Source: Candidatus Neomicrothrix sp.
Lineage (GTDB): Bacteria; Actinomycetota; Acidimicrobiia; Acidimicrobiales; Aldehydirespiratoraceae
NCBI GenBank assembly: GCA_017852795.1
Contig: JAFMKU010000006.1
Location: forward strand, 2,448-66,447
Reading direction: 5' to 3'
Length of the DNA: 64,000 nt
Part shown: positions 10,254 to 18,078 of the stretch, piece after piece
Numbering within the stretch: position 1 is the stretch's first letter
Layout of the letters: each line of letters begins with the position of its first letter
Translations under genes and position numbers: made by a program
Notes under the pieces: model-generated
What the model was told of the DNA's origin: nothing
Databases searched by the model: none
The model's input: only the letters and a program-made list of their open reading frames with translations

Positions 10254-10358
10254 CGGAACAGCATCATCGACATCGGCGGGATCGACCGGTCGGGTCGGGT
10301 TGGAAAGCTCGGCGCCCACGTACCCGGTTCGTGGGTTGACCGGCCTACACTTTCGGCC

Positions 10359-10490
10359 ATGAGTCTTGTTGCTGTCGTCTGGCATTTCTGGATTGCTCCC
10401 GTTCTGGTGGGGTCTGCGGTGTTGGCCGTGATCGCCTCCATCATCGGGTATCTCCAGCAGGTCACCTACAAGCGGTATCCCCGAGACTGA
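10359..10490 (+). CDS. possible 43-aa single-pass membrane peptide (below the ORF-track size cutoff)
   Basis: ATG...TGA reads MSLVAVVWHFWIAPVLVGSAVLAVIASIIGYLQQVTYKRYPRD. It has a hydrophobic core and GC-rich third positions. It ends 1 nt before the GTG of the next gene. No homology support. Confidence 0.3.
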   Translation: MSLVAVVWHFWIAPVLVGSAVLAVIASIIGYLQQVTYKRYPRD

Positions 10491-10491
10491 C

Positions 10492-11559
10492 GTGAGCGGC
10501 GCGGTCGACTGGGACGTTGCCCGCGCTATCGCGGCCAAGGTCGGAGGTCGTGAGCCGTTTCAGTCCTCGGAGTACCGGCACGGATTAGAAGCTGATTTCG
10601 ACCGGTACACGGCTATCGCCGAGGACCTGGTGGCCGAGTGCACCGGGTTGCGGTCGGCCAGCGGCAACGCTCGGGGCCGAGTCACCAGCCGGGCCGGATG
10701 GGTGGACGCCAACCTGGCGTCTTTCCAGCGGTTGTTGCGCCCGATCATCGACAAACTCGACGACCGGGCCGATGGTGAAGGCTCAGATTTGAGCCGCAAA
10801 GTCGCCGGGGTAGAGATGGGCGCCATGCTGGGCTGGATGTCCACCCGGGTACTCGGCCAGTACGACCTGTTGGTGATCGACGATGAAACCGCCGACGAGC
10901 AAGACATCGTCTACTACGTAGCCCCCAACGTGTTGAGCCTTGAGCGTCGCTACGCCTTCCCACCGCAAGAGTTCCGGCTGTGGTTGGCCCTTCACGAGGT
11001 AACCCACCGGGCCCAGTTCACCGGGGTTCCGTGGATGCGGGAACATTTCCTTGGTCTGGTGGAAGCCACCATGGGGTCAGTCGATCCTGATCCGAAACGA
11101 ATCATTGAGGCTGCGCAGCGGTTGCTGGCCGCCCGCCGGGCTGGCGACGACCCGTTGGAACAGGGCGGGATTATGGCGCTGTTCGCGAGCGAAGATCAGC
11201 TCGCGGTGATCAACGAGGTAGCTGGGCTGATGAGCCTGCTCGAAGGGCATGGTGATGTCACCATGGACCGGGCGGGCCGTGGTCTCATCCCGAGCCAAGA
11301 ACGGTTCGCTCGGGTGCTGCGGAACCGCCGGCAGAACGCCAGCGGTTTCACCAAAGTCTTTCAACGACTGGTCGGGCTCGAAGCGAAGATGAAGCAGTAC
11401 GCCGAAGGAGAGCACTTCATCGCTGCGGTGGAACGCCACGGTGGGTCGGATCTGCTCGACTTGGCTTGGGCCGAACCGGCCAACGTCCCTTCGATCGCGG
11501 AGATCCGGGATCCGAGCCTCTGGATTGCCCGAGTCGATCAACCGGTTGCTGCCGGTTGA
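10492..11559 (+). CDS. zinc-dependent metalloprotease, DUF2342 family (HExxH)
   Basis: WLALHEVTHRAQF (HExxH) and overall resemblance to the actinobacterial DUF2342 hydrolase family. It sits directly upstream of tilS, as in mycobacteria. Confidence 0.78.
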   Translation: MSGAVDWDVARAIAAKVGGREPFQSSEYRHGLEADFDRYTAIAEDLVAECTGLRSASGNARGRVTSRAGWVDANLASFQRLLRPIIDKLDDRADGEGSDLSRKVAGVEMGAMLGWMSTRVLGQYDLLVIDDETADEQDIVYYVAPNVLSLERRYAFPPQEFRLWLALHEVTHRAQFTGVPWMREHFLGLVEATMGSVDPDPKRIIEAAQRLLAARRAGDDPLEQGGIMALFASEDQLAVINEVAGLMSLLEGHGDVTMDRAGRGLIPSQERFARVLRNRRQNASGFTKVFQRLVGLEAKMKQYAEGEHFIAAVERHGGSDLLDLAWAEPANVPSIAEIRDPSLWIARVDQPVAAG

Positions 11560-11564
11560 CGTTG

Positions 11565-12449
11565 ATGGACATCCGGGGTCTGCTCACACGGTGTGCGTTT
11601 CCCGAGCCGGGAGACCAACCGCTAGCGCTCGGGGTCAGCGGTGGGGCCGACAGCGTGGCGATGGCCGTGCTGGCCGCCGAAGCTAACCTGTGCTTTGAGA
11701 TCTGGCATGTCGATCATGGTTTGCGGGCCACGTCCCACGCCGATGTTGCCCGGGTGGAAGCGCTCGCCGACCGGTTAGGGGTTGCGTTCATGCTGCGCAC
11801 CGCCACCCTCGACGATGGCCCTGATCTTGAAGCCCGTGCCCGGGCGGTGCGCTACTCGCTGCTCCCCGAACGGGTGTGCGTGGCTCACACCGCCGATGAC
11901 CGGGCTGAGACGGTGTTGATGAACCTGCTGCGTGGCGCGGGACCGACCGGGGTGCGCGCCCGCTTCGACCGGGTCAATCGGCCGCTGCTGGGTTTGCGCC
12001 GGGCCGAAACCGAAGCGGTCTGTCGCTGGTTTGGAATCGATCCGGTCACTGATGAACACAACCAGGACCCCCGGTTTACCCGGGTGCGGGTGCGCCGTGA
12101 GTTGCTGCCGCTGGTCGCTGACATCTTCGACCGCGACCCGGTTCCGATTCTGGGGCGGCACGCGGATCTGGTGGGTGGACTTCTTGACTGGGTTGACCGT
12201 CAGGTCATCGACCTCGACCCGGCCGACGTGGATCAGTTGTTGACGGCGGGGCCGACAGTGGCCGGCGAAGCTCTTCGTCGTTGGATCCAGCAGGAGACCA
12301 ACGCGGACCATCCGGTCGATGCCGCCGCGATCACTCGGGTGTGGTCGGTGGTTACCGGGGCGGTGCGAGCGGCTCAAGTCACCGGCGGCTATCGGGTGTC
12401 CCGGTCGCAGGGTCGGTTGTCGATCTCGGTAGCCTCAGACCATGGATAA
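11565..12449 (+). CDS. tilS: tRNA(Ile)-lysidine synthetase
   Basis: PP-loop LALGVSGGADSVAMAVL. The ATG at 11565 was chosen; the track start at 11466 would overlap the upstream gene by 94 nt. Confidence 0.85.
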   Translation: MDIRGLLTRCAFPEPGDQPLALGVSGGADSVAMAVLAAEANLCFEIWHVDHGLRATSHADVARVEALADRLGVAFMLRTATLDDGPDLEARARAVRYSLLPERVCVAHTADDRAETVLMNLLRGAGPTGVRARFDRVNRPLLGLRRAETEAVCRWFGIDPVTDEHNQDPRFTRVRVRRELLPLVADIFDRDPVPILGRHADLVGGLLDWVDRQVIDLDPADVDQLLTAGPTVAGEALRRWIQQETNADHPVDAAAITRVWSVVTGAVRAAQVTGGYRVSRSQGRLSISVASDHG

Positions 12450-12591
12450 GCCTGTACCTGACGCCGTGAAGCTCCTCGCCTTCTGGGAAGAATGGGAGCG
12501 CGGCGAAACGCCACCAGGAAAGGTGATGAGCAACCTGAAGAAGGCGATGCTCCCCGAGCTGCTCCAGTCGCTCTGCGAGGATCCGTCCTGA
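12442..12591 (+). CDS. possible 49-aa soluble protein (unlisted small ORF)
   Basis: Its ATG overlaps the tilS stop. Sequence: MDKPVPDAVKLLAFWEEWERGETPPGKVMSNLKKAMLPELLQSLCEDPS. Third-position GC is clearly higher in this frame than in the overlapping frame of the track ORF that starts at 12492. Confidence 0.35.
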   Translation: MDKPVPDAVKLLAFWEEWERGETPPGKVMSNLKKAMLPELLQSLCEDPS

Positions 12592-12623
12592 ACCAAGATT
12601 CATCTGCGGTCTTCGGTCCTCCC

Positions 12624-13325
12624 TTGGGCCGCGGTGGTCCGCAGATCATCCCTCGCCCGGCCCGGGCTCGTATCGGTGGGCCGCCTCCATGGGCTGGGAT
12701 CGAACAGCACCAGCGAACCCCGACGCTGGGGCGTCTCGTCGACACCTTGGCTCGTCGCCGTTCACCACAGGTGCTTGGCGCCGTCGCCCCAGACGTCCGA
12801 AGCTCTGCGGTGCTCTGTTTGCTCTACGAAGAAAACAACGAGCCGCACGTCGTGCTCACCCGGCGTTCGCCAACCATGCGTCAACACGCCCATGAGGTGT
12901 CGTTCCCTGGGGGTCGTCACGACGGCGAAGACCTCGACCTCTGGACCACGGCGCTGCGCGAAGCCGAGGAGGAAGTAGCCCTCGACCCGACCACCGTCAC
13001 CCCGGTCGGGGCCTTGGATCGTTTCGTCACCGTCGGATCTCGCACGCTGATCCACCCGTTTGTTGCCGTTTGCGAACGTCGCCCACAGCTCACGGTTGCC
13101 TCACCGGCCGAGGTTGAAGCGATCGTGCACGTTTCGTTCACCGAACTGCTGCGCGACGATGTCTGGCGGGAAGAAATCTGGGAACTCGGCGAACACGGTG
13201 ACCGGGCGCTGACGTTCTTTGAACTGGTGGGCGACACGGTTTGGGGTGCGACCGGCGCCATGCTGCGTCAGCTGCTGGCGGTTGCAACCGGAACCGATGA
13301 AACGATCACCGGTGGCCCGGGCTGA
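12624..13325 (+). CDS. NUDIX hydrolase (CoA pyrophosphatase-like); start uncertain
   Basis: Nudix box SFPGGRHDGEDLDLWTTALREAEEEVALD. Candidate starts are TTG 12624, TTG 12747 and GTG 12771. The track start at 12492 is unlikely because of poor codon bias and the competing small ORF. Confidence 0.72.
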   Translation: MGRGGPQIIPRPARARIGGPPPWAGIEQHQRTPTLGRLVDTLARRRSPQVLGAVAPDVRSSAVLCLLYEENNEPHVVLTRRSPTMRQHAHEVSFPGGRHDGEDLDLWTTALREAEEEVALDPTTVTPVGALDRFVTVGSRTLIHPFVAVCERRPQLTVASPAEVEAIVHVSFTELLRDDVWREEIWELGEHGDRALTFFELVGDTVWGATGAMLRQLLAVATGTDETITGGPG

Positions 13326-13444
13326 AACGCTAGTCTCTTCTCTTTCCGGTACTGGCCAGTCTGGACACCGGGAAGGCTGAAAGGCAGACCGAGACGGTGC
13401 GCAGGCAGACAGTGTTGTCAACGAGAACAGGCAGGTAAGGCACC

Positions 13445-14986
13445 ATGGATATCACCTCCGAAAAAGTCCTGGTGGTTGATTTCGGCGCCCAGTACGCCCA
13501 ACTCATTGCCCGCCGAGTGCGCGAAGCGAAGGTGTACAGCGAGATCGTTTCCTCGTCGTTGTCAGCGGCAGAGATCGCCGAGCGCAAACCCAGTGCGATC
13601 ATCTTCAGTGGTGGTCCGGCGTCGGTACATGCCGAAGGTGCGAAGCTGATCGATCCCGCCGTGTACGACCTTGGGGTTCCGATTCTGGGGATCTGTTACG
13701 GGGCGCAGTTGATCGCGCAACAAAACGGTGGGCGGGTTGGTCGAAACGACCGCGGAGAGTACGGACGCACCACCCTGAGGCTCAACGAAGGTGGTGGCAT
13801 GCTGCTGGCTGGCACCCCGGAAGAACAATCGGTTTGGATGAGTCATTTCGATGCGGTCGTCGAAGCCCCGCCCGGAGTGACCGCCACTGCGTCAACCGCC
13901 GATGCTCCGGTGGCCGCCTTCGAGGATCACCAACGAGGACTGTTCGGGGTGCAGTTCCATCCGGAAGTCATGCACACCACCCATGGGCAGCAGGTAATCG
14001 AACGGTTCCTTCGAGAGGCTTGTGGACTGCATGGCACCTGGACGATGCGTTCGATTATCGACACTGCGGTTGATCAGATCCGGGCTCAGGTAGGGGACGG
14101 TACGGCGCTTTGCGGCCTTTCGGGTGGGGTTGATTCGGCGGTGGCGGCCGCGCTGGTGCATCGGGCGATCGGCGATCAACTGACGTGTGTGTTTGTCGAC
14201 ACTGGCCTGATGAGGCTCAACGAAGGCGAGCAGGTGGTCGAGACCTTCGAGCGCAACTTCGGAGTTCGTCTGATCCACGTTGAAGCTGGAGACCGGTTCT
14301 TCGCAGCATTGGCCGGGGTGACCGAACCAGAAGCGAAACGGCGGGCGATCGGTGAATTGTTCATCCGGGTGTTTGAAGATGCCGAAGCTCAGGTGGAAGG
14401 AGCCCAGTTTCTGGTGCAGGGAACGTTGTATCCCGACGTCATCGAGTCGGGGAGCGAGCACGCCTCAACCATCAAGAGCCATCACAACGTCGGGGGGCTA
14501 CCCGACGATATGGAGTTTGCCCTCGTTGAGCCCCTTCGAAGCCTGTTCAAAGACGAGGTTCGGGCGGTGGGCCACGAACTCGGGCTACCCGACGAGATCG
14601 TTCAGCGGCAGCCGTTCCCAGGCCCCGGACTTGGTGTGCGCATCATCGGCGAGGTGACCCCCGAGAAAGTCGAGACGCTGCAATACGCCGACTTCATCGT
14701 GCGCGAGGAACTCGCCAAGGCTGGCCTCGAACGGGAAATCTGGCAATCGTTTGCGGTGCTGCCCGACATCCGCAGCGTCGGGGTGATGGGTGATGAACGC
14801 ACCTACGGGTATCCGATCATTATCCGAGCGGTTACCAGCGAAGATGCCATGACCGCCGACTGGGCCCGGATCCCCTATGAGGTGCTGGAAACGATGAGCA
14901 GTCGGATCATCAATGAGGTCGCGGGAGTAAACCGGGTGGCCTACGACATCACCAGCAAACCGCCGGGAACGATCGAGTGGGAGTAA
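13445..14986 (+). CDS. guaA: GMP synthase (glutamine-hydrolysing)
   Basis: GATase region [10 protein letters not shown] with HFDAV/HPEV. ATP-PPase SGGVDSAV. C-terminal dimerisation tail ...KPPGTIEWE. Confidence 0.97.
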   Translation: MDITSEKVLVVDFGAQYAQLIARRVREAKVYSEIVSSSLSAAEIAERKPSAIIFSGGPASVHAEGAKLIDPAVYDLGVPILGICYGAQLIAQQNGGRVGRNDRGEYGRTTLRLNEGGGMLLAGTPEEQSVWMSHFDAVVEAPPGVTATASTADAPVAAFEDHQRGLFGVQFHPEVMHTTHGQQVIERFLREACGLHGTWTMRSIIDTAVDQIRAQVGDGTALCGLSGGVDSAVAAALVHRAIGDQLTCVFVDTGLMRLNEGEQVVETFERNFGVRLIHVEAGDRFFAALAGVTEPEAKRRAIGELFIRVFEDAEAQVEGAQFLVQGTLYPDVIESGSEHASTIKSHHNVGGLPDDMEFALVEPLRSLFKDEVRAVGHELGLPDEIVQRQPFPGPGLGVRIIGEVTPEKVETLQYADFIVREELAKAGLEREIWQSFAVLPDIRSVGVMGDERTYGYPIIIRAVTSEDAMTADWARIPYEVLETMSSRIINEVAGVNRVAYDITSKPPGTIEWE

Positions 14987-15558
14987 CGCTCAACGTTGAC
15001 GCGTACCGTCGGGCTGCGGCGCAGTTCGGTGAGACGGTGGCCTCGTTGACCGACGACGAATGGGCCCGGCCGACGTTCCCGAACGACTGGACTGCGGTTA
15101 CCTCCACCGCGTGGCTGGTCGCCGGCGACGCCCAGTTGGCGTCGGCAGCCCGTGGCGACGGGATTGCGCCGCTGGTCGAGTTTGACTCGGCGGTTCTGGG
15201 ACCGAACCCGGTGGCGTCGTGGCGGGGAACGGCACTGAGCGTGCTGCGGGCGCTCGACGGGGTTGACCTGACGCAGATGGTTAGCCATCCGCAGGGCACG
15301 ATTCGTTTGGGTGATGTGGTCGCGCAACGGGTGAGCGAAAACCTGATTCGGGCGTTTGACATTGGGCGGGCGGTTGGTCGCCCCATCGAGTTGCCAGCTG
15401 AACTTGCTGAGGCCTGTCTGGATTTCTGGGCCGAGCACGGTGAGGCCATTTTGCGGGGCGGGGTGTTCCCGGACCAGCCTCGAGAACCCGCGGCGGGAGC
15501 CGACAGCGTCGAACGGTTCGTGGCGTTGATGGGGCGAGATCCCGAATCGCAGCCCTAA
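14977..15558 (+). CDS. DinB/mycothiol-maleylpyruvate-isomerase-N-like protein (TIGR03086-like)
   Basis: The pattern [20 protein letters not shown]...[11 protein letters not shown] resembles the actinobacterial TIGR03086 family. This is a by-eye call only. It overlaps the guaA end by 10 nt. Confidence 0.55.
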   Translation: MGVTLNVDAYRRAAAQFGETVASLTDDEWARPTFPNDWTAVTSTAWLVAGDAQLASAARGDGIAPLVEFDSAVLGPNPVASWRGTALSVLRALDGVDLTQMVSHPQGTIRLGDVVAQRVSENLIRAFDIGRAVGRPIELPAELAEACLDFWAEHGEAILRGGVFPDQPREPAAGADSVERFVALMGRDPESQP

Positions 15559-15583
15559 ACCGCTCTGGCGACGTTTTCTTTTT

Positions 15584-15632
15584 GTTCACGGAAACGTTGT
15601 TAACGGTCCATGTTGTGGTTGCTCAACGGAAA
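15584..15632 (+). promoter_or_regulatory. candidate Pho-box-like repeats upstream of pstS-1
   Basis: tttGTTCACGGAAAcgtTGTTAACGGtccatgttgtggtTGCTCAACGGAAAtc. The core GTTCAC matches the actinobacterial PhoP/RegX3-type half-site. ACGGAAA occurs twice (15588 and 15626). The region is AT-richer than its surroundings. Confidence 0.3.
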
Positions 15633-15656
15633 TCTGGACCTTTTACCCTGCGCCGC

Positions 15657-16790
15657 ATGCACAAACCATTGAAGAAGACGTTTCGTACGTTGAGTGTTCT
15701 CCTGCTGGCCATGTCGCTGTTGGCGACGGCCTGTGGTGACGATGGCCAGGACGCGTCCCCGGACACGCCGACCACGACCACGGCCGCCAGCACCGATAAC
15801 TCAACGGTTGATAACGAGACGGTTGATCCTGTTTCCGACCTTGAAGGTGATCTTTTGATCTCCGGATCGTCCACGGTCTTCCCGATCGTGCAACGTCAAG
15901 CTGAGGAGTTCTCGGCCGCGAACCCGGGAGTGGCGATCGCAGTTGAAGGGCCTGGCTCGGGAGACGGCGCCGTCAAGTTCTGCAACGGCGAAGTACCGAT
16001 CGCCAATGCGTCTCGGCTGTACAAGGACTCTGAGATGGAGACCTGTGCCGCCAACGGAATTGAGTTCATCGAGATCCGTCGTGGCATTGACGGCATTACG
16101 GTCGTGACCTCGTCGGCCAATGGCGCCATCGAGTGCCTGTCGTTCAACCAGCTGTATGCGCTGATCTCGGAAGACGCCACCGGGTTTGAGTCCTGGGCCG
16201 ATGCCAACGCGCTGTTGGCCGAGATTGGGAGCACCGCCGAATCCCTGCCCGATGCATCGCTCGACATCTTCGGCCCCGGTGAAGAGTCCGGCACCTTTGA
16301 CAGCTTCGCCGAGATCGTGATGGAAGCGGTCGCCAAAGGCAAGACCGGTCTCGACCCCGAATCTCGCGAGTTCTCCACCGGCATTCGCCCGGATTACACG
16401 TCAAGCCCGGACGACAACATCATCATTGAAGGCATCTCCGATGCGGATTACAGCCTTGGCTGGGTCGGCTTCGCGTTTGGGTCGGCGGCTGCTGACGCCG
16501 GCAGTGTGAAGATGATTCCGGTCGCGAAGGAAGATGGAGGCGAGTGCGTGCTGCCGACCCCCGAGACGATCGCGTCGGCCGAGTTCCCGATCGCTCGTTA
16601 CCTGTACACCTACGTCAGCGTTTCAGCAGCGGCTTCTGATCCGGCGGTTGCGGCCTTTGTTGACTACATGATGAGCGACCAAGGCCTCGAGGCGGTTGCC
16701 GGGGTCGGGTACGTCCCGCTGGCCGATGCCGACCAGCAGTTGGCGCAAGCCATTTGGGCTGATCGCGTCACTGGCCGGACCTGGGGCTGA
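15657..16790 (+). CDS. pstS: phosphate ABC transporter substrate-binding lipoprotein PstS (copy 1)
   Basis: Signal peptide plus lipobox MHKPLKKTFRTLSVLLLAMSLLATAC. PstS-family motifs ISGSSTVFPIV, VEGPGSGDG, GPGEESGTFDSF. Confidence 0.9.
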   Translation: MHKPLKKTFRTLSVLLLAMSLLATACGDDGQDASPDTPTTTTAASTDNSTVDNETVDPVSDLEGDLLISGSSTVFPIVQRQAEEFSAANPGVAIAVEGPGSGDGAVKFCNGEVPIANASRLYKDSEMETCAANGIEFIEIRRGIDGITVVTSSANGAIECLSFNQLYALISEDATGFESWADANALLAEIGSTAESLPDASLDIFGPGEESGTFDSFAEIVMEAVAKGKTGLDPESREFSTGIRPDYTSSPDDNIIIEGISDADYSLGWVGFAFGSAAADAGSVKMIPVAKEDGGECVLPTPETIASAEFPIARYLYTYVSVSAAASDPAVAAFVDYMMSDQGLEAVAGVGYVPLADADQQLAQAIWADRVTGRTWG

Positions 16791-16814
16791 TCGCTGCGGC
16801 CAACGTTCGGAAGG

Positions 16815-16851
16815 GGTGAACACCGCGGTTCCCTCCGCCGCGGTGTTCACC
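16815..16851 (+). terminator. perfect 14-bp stem hairpin after pstS-1 (attenuator/terminator-like)
   Basis: GGTGAACACCGCGG-ttccctccg-CCGCGGTGTTCACC. There is no clear U-tract (gtccgttta follows). Confidence 0.55.
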
Positions 16852-16854
16852 GTC

Positions 16855-16885
16855 CGTTTACCTAAATACCGCTGATCGTTTACCT
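16855..16885 (+). promoter_or_regulatory. direct repeat CGTTTACCT x2 spaced 22 bp, upstream of pstS-2 (candidate Pho box)
   Basis: CGTTTACCT at 16855-16863 and 16877-16885. GTTTACC differs by 1 nt from the Streptomyces PHO-box core GTTCACC. The spacing equals two helical turns. Confidence 0.35.
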
Positions 16886-16947
16886 GGTGCTTTCCAACGT
16901 GACAGGTTCCTGCAATACCTTGTGGGAGTGCCGGTGAGGATCAGTCT

Positions 16948-18078
16948 GTGACCGAAACGATCGGGAGTCGACGCCAGCGTCTGGTGTCAATGGGCTTGGC
17001 GTCGCTCGCCGTGGCGGTGCTCGCCGCAGTCACCTACCAACCGGACGACTCGGCCAGTTCGGCGGCTCCGGTCACCGCGGTCGACGAAGGTTCCGAAGCC
17101 GTCACCATCCCGATTGCCGAGTTGGCGGGCGAGTTCCTGATCTCTGGCTCGTCAACCGTGTTCCCGATCGTGCAGCTCCAAGCCGAACGTTTCGCACAAG
17201 AAGCGAGTTCGGTTGCGATCTCGGTCGAAGGCCCGGGGTCTGGCGACGGTGCACAGAAGTTCTGCAACGGTGAAGCCTTGATCGCGAATGCTTCCCGGCT
17301 GTACAAAGATTCCGAGATTGAACTCTGCGAAGCCAACGGGATCGAGTTCATCGAATTGCGGTTGGCAGTGGACGGCATCACGGTCATTACCTCACCGGAA
17401 AACGACGTTCTGGAGTGCCTGTCGTTCAACGACCTCTACGCACTCACGTCCGGCGAAGCCCAAGGGTTCCAGACCTGGTCCGACGCCAACGCTTTGACCT
17501 CTCTGTGGTCGGGAACCACGTTCGCCGACGGGTTCGAACTCTCGGTGTACGGACCGGGCGAAGAGTCAGGAACCTTCGATAGCTTCGCCGAAGTGGTGAT
17601 CGATTCGGTGGCCAAAGGCAAGACCGGTCTTGACGTGGACGCCCGCGAATTCAGTCGGGAGATCCGCCCCGATTACATCTCCAGCCCCGACGACAACACC
17701 ATTTTGAGCGGCATCGGTTCCCAGCAGTATTCGCTCGGATGGGTCGGGTTTGCCTACGCCTCGCAAGCGGCGGCCGCGGGACAAGCCAAGCTGGTCAGCA
17801 TCTCGTTCGACGACGGCGGCTCCTGCGTGGACCCGACCCCGACGACGATCTCATCGGCGACCTTCCCGATCGCCCGGTTCCTCTACACCTACGTCAATCT
17901 CGAAGCGGTCGAGACCAACCCGGCGTTGGCCGCCTTCGTTGATTACATGCTCAGCGAAGAAGGACTGACCGCAGTAGAGGAAGTGGGATACATCCCGCTC
18001 AGCGAAGAGGACCTGAGCCGAACCCGGCTGATCTGGAAGGTCGGTTTGAATGGGACCGGTCAGTGGAGCAGCGAATGA
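16948..18078 (+). CDS. pstS: phosphate-binding protein PstS (copy 2, paralogue of copy 1)
   Basis: Same motifs as copy 1: ISGSSTVFPIVQ, VEGPGSGDGAQKFCNGE, GPGEESGTFDSF. The N-terminus MTETIGSRRQRLVSMGLASLAVAVLAAV has no lipobox Cys; it could be an RR-containing signal or an anchor. GTG start with GAGGA 8 nt upstream. Confidence 0.9.
   Translation: MTETIGSRRQRLVSMGLASLAVAVLAAVTYQPDDSASSAAPVTAVDEGSEAVTIPIAELAGEFLISGSSTVFPIVQLQAERFAQEASSVAISVEGPGSGDGAQKFCNGEALIANASRLYKDSEIELCEANGIEFIELRLAVDGITVITSPENDVLECLSFNDLYALTSGEAQGFQTWSDANALTSLWSGTTFADGFELSVYGPGEESGTFDSFAEVVIDSVAKGKTGLDVDAREFSREIRPDYISSPDDNTILSGIGSQQYSLGWVGFAYASQAAAAGQAKLVSISFDDGGSCVDPTPTTISSATFPIARFLYTYVNLEAVETNPALAAFVDYMLSEEGLTAVEEVGYIPLSEEDLSRTRLIWKVGLNGTGQWSSE

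Noticed and set aside
10254-10358. Integrated element at the 3' end of tRNA-Thr
   Set aside because: There is no integrase, no duplicated tRNA 3' segment seen by eye, and no compositional shift. The downstream genes (DUF2342, tilS) are the conserved core neighbours.
12492-12623. N-terminal 44 codons of the track Nudix ORF
   Set aside because: Third-position GC is low in this frame. The region is better explained by the 49-aa ORF in another frame, and the Nudix fold does not need this extension.
13326-13444. Possible purine/guanine riboswitch in the guaA leader
   Set aside because: I could not find the conserved purine-riboswitch loop and junction sequences. Only a short CCGGT...ACCGG stem around the palindrome CTGGCCAG is present, which is not enough to call an RNA element.
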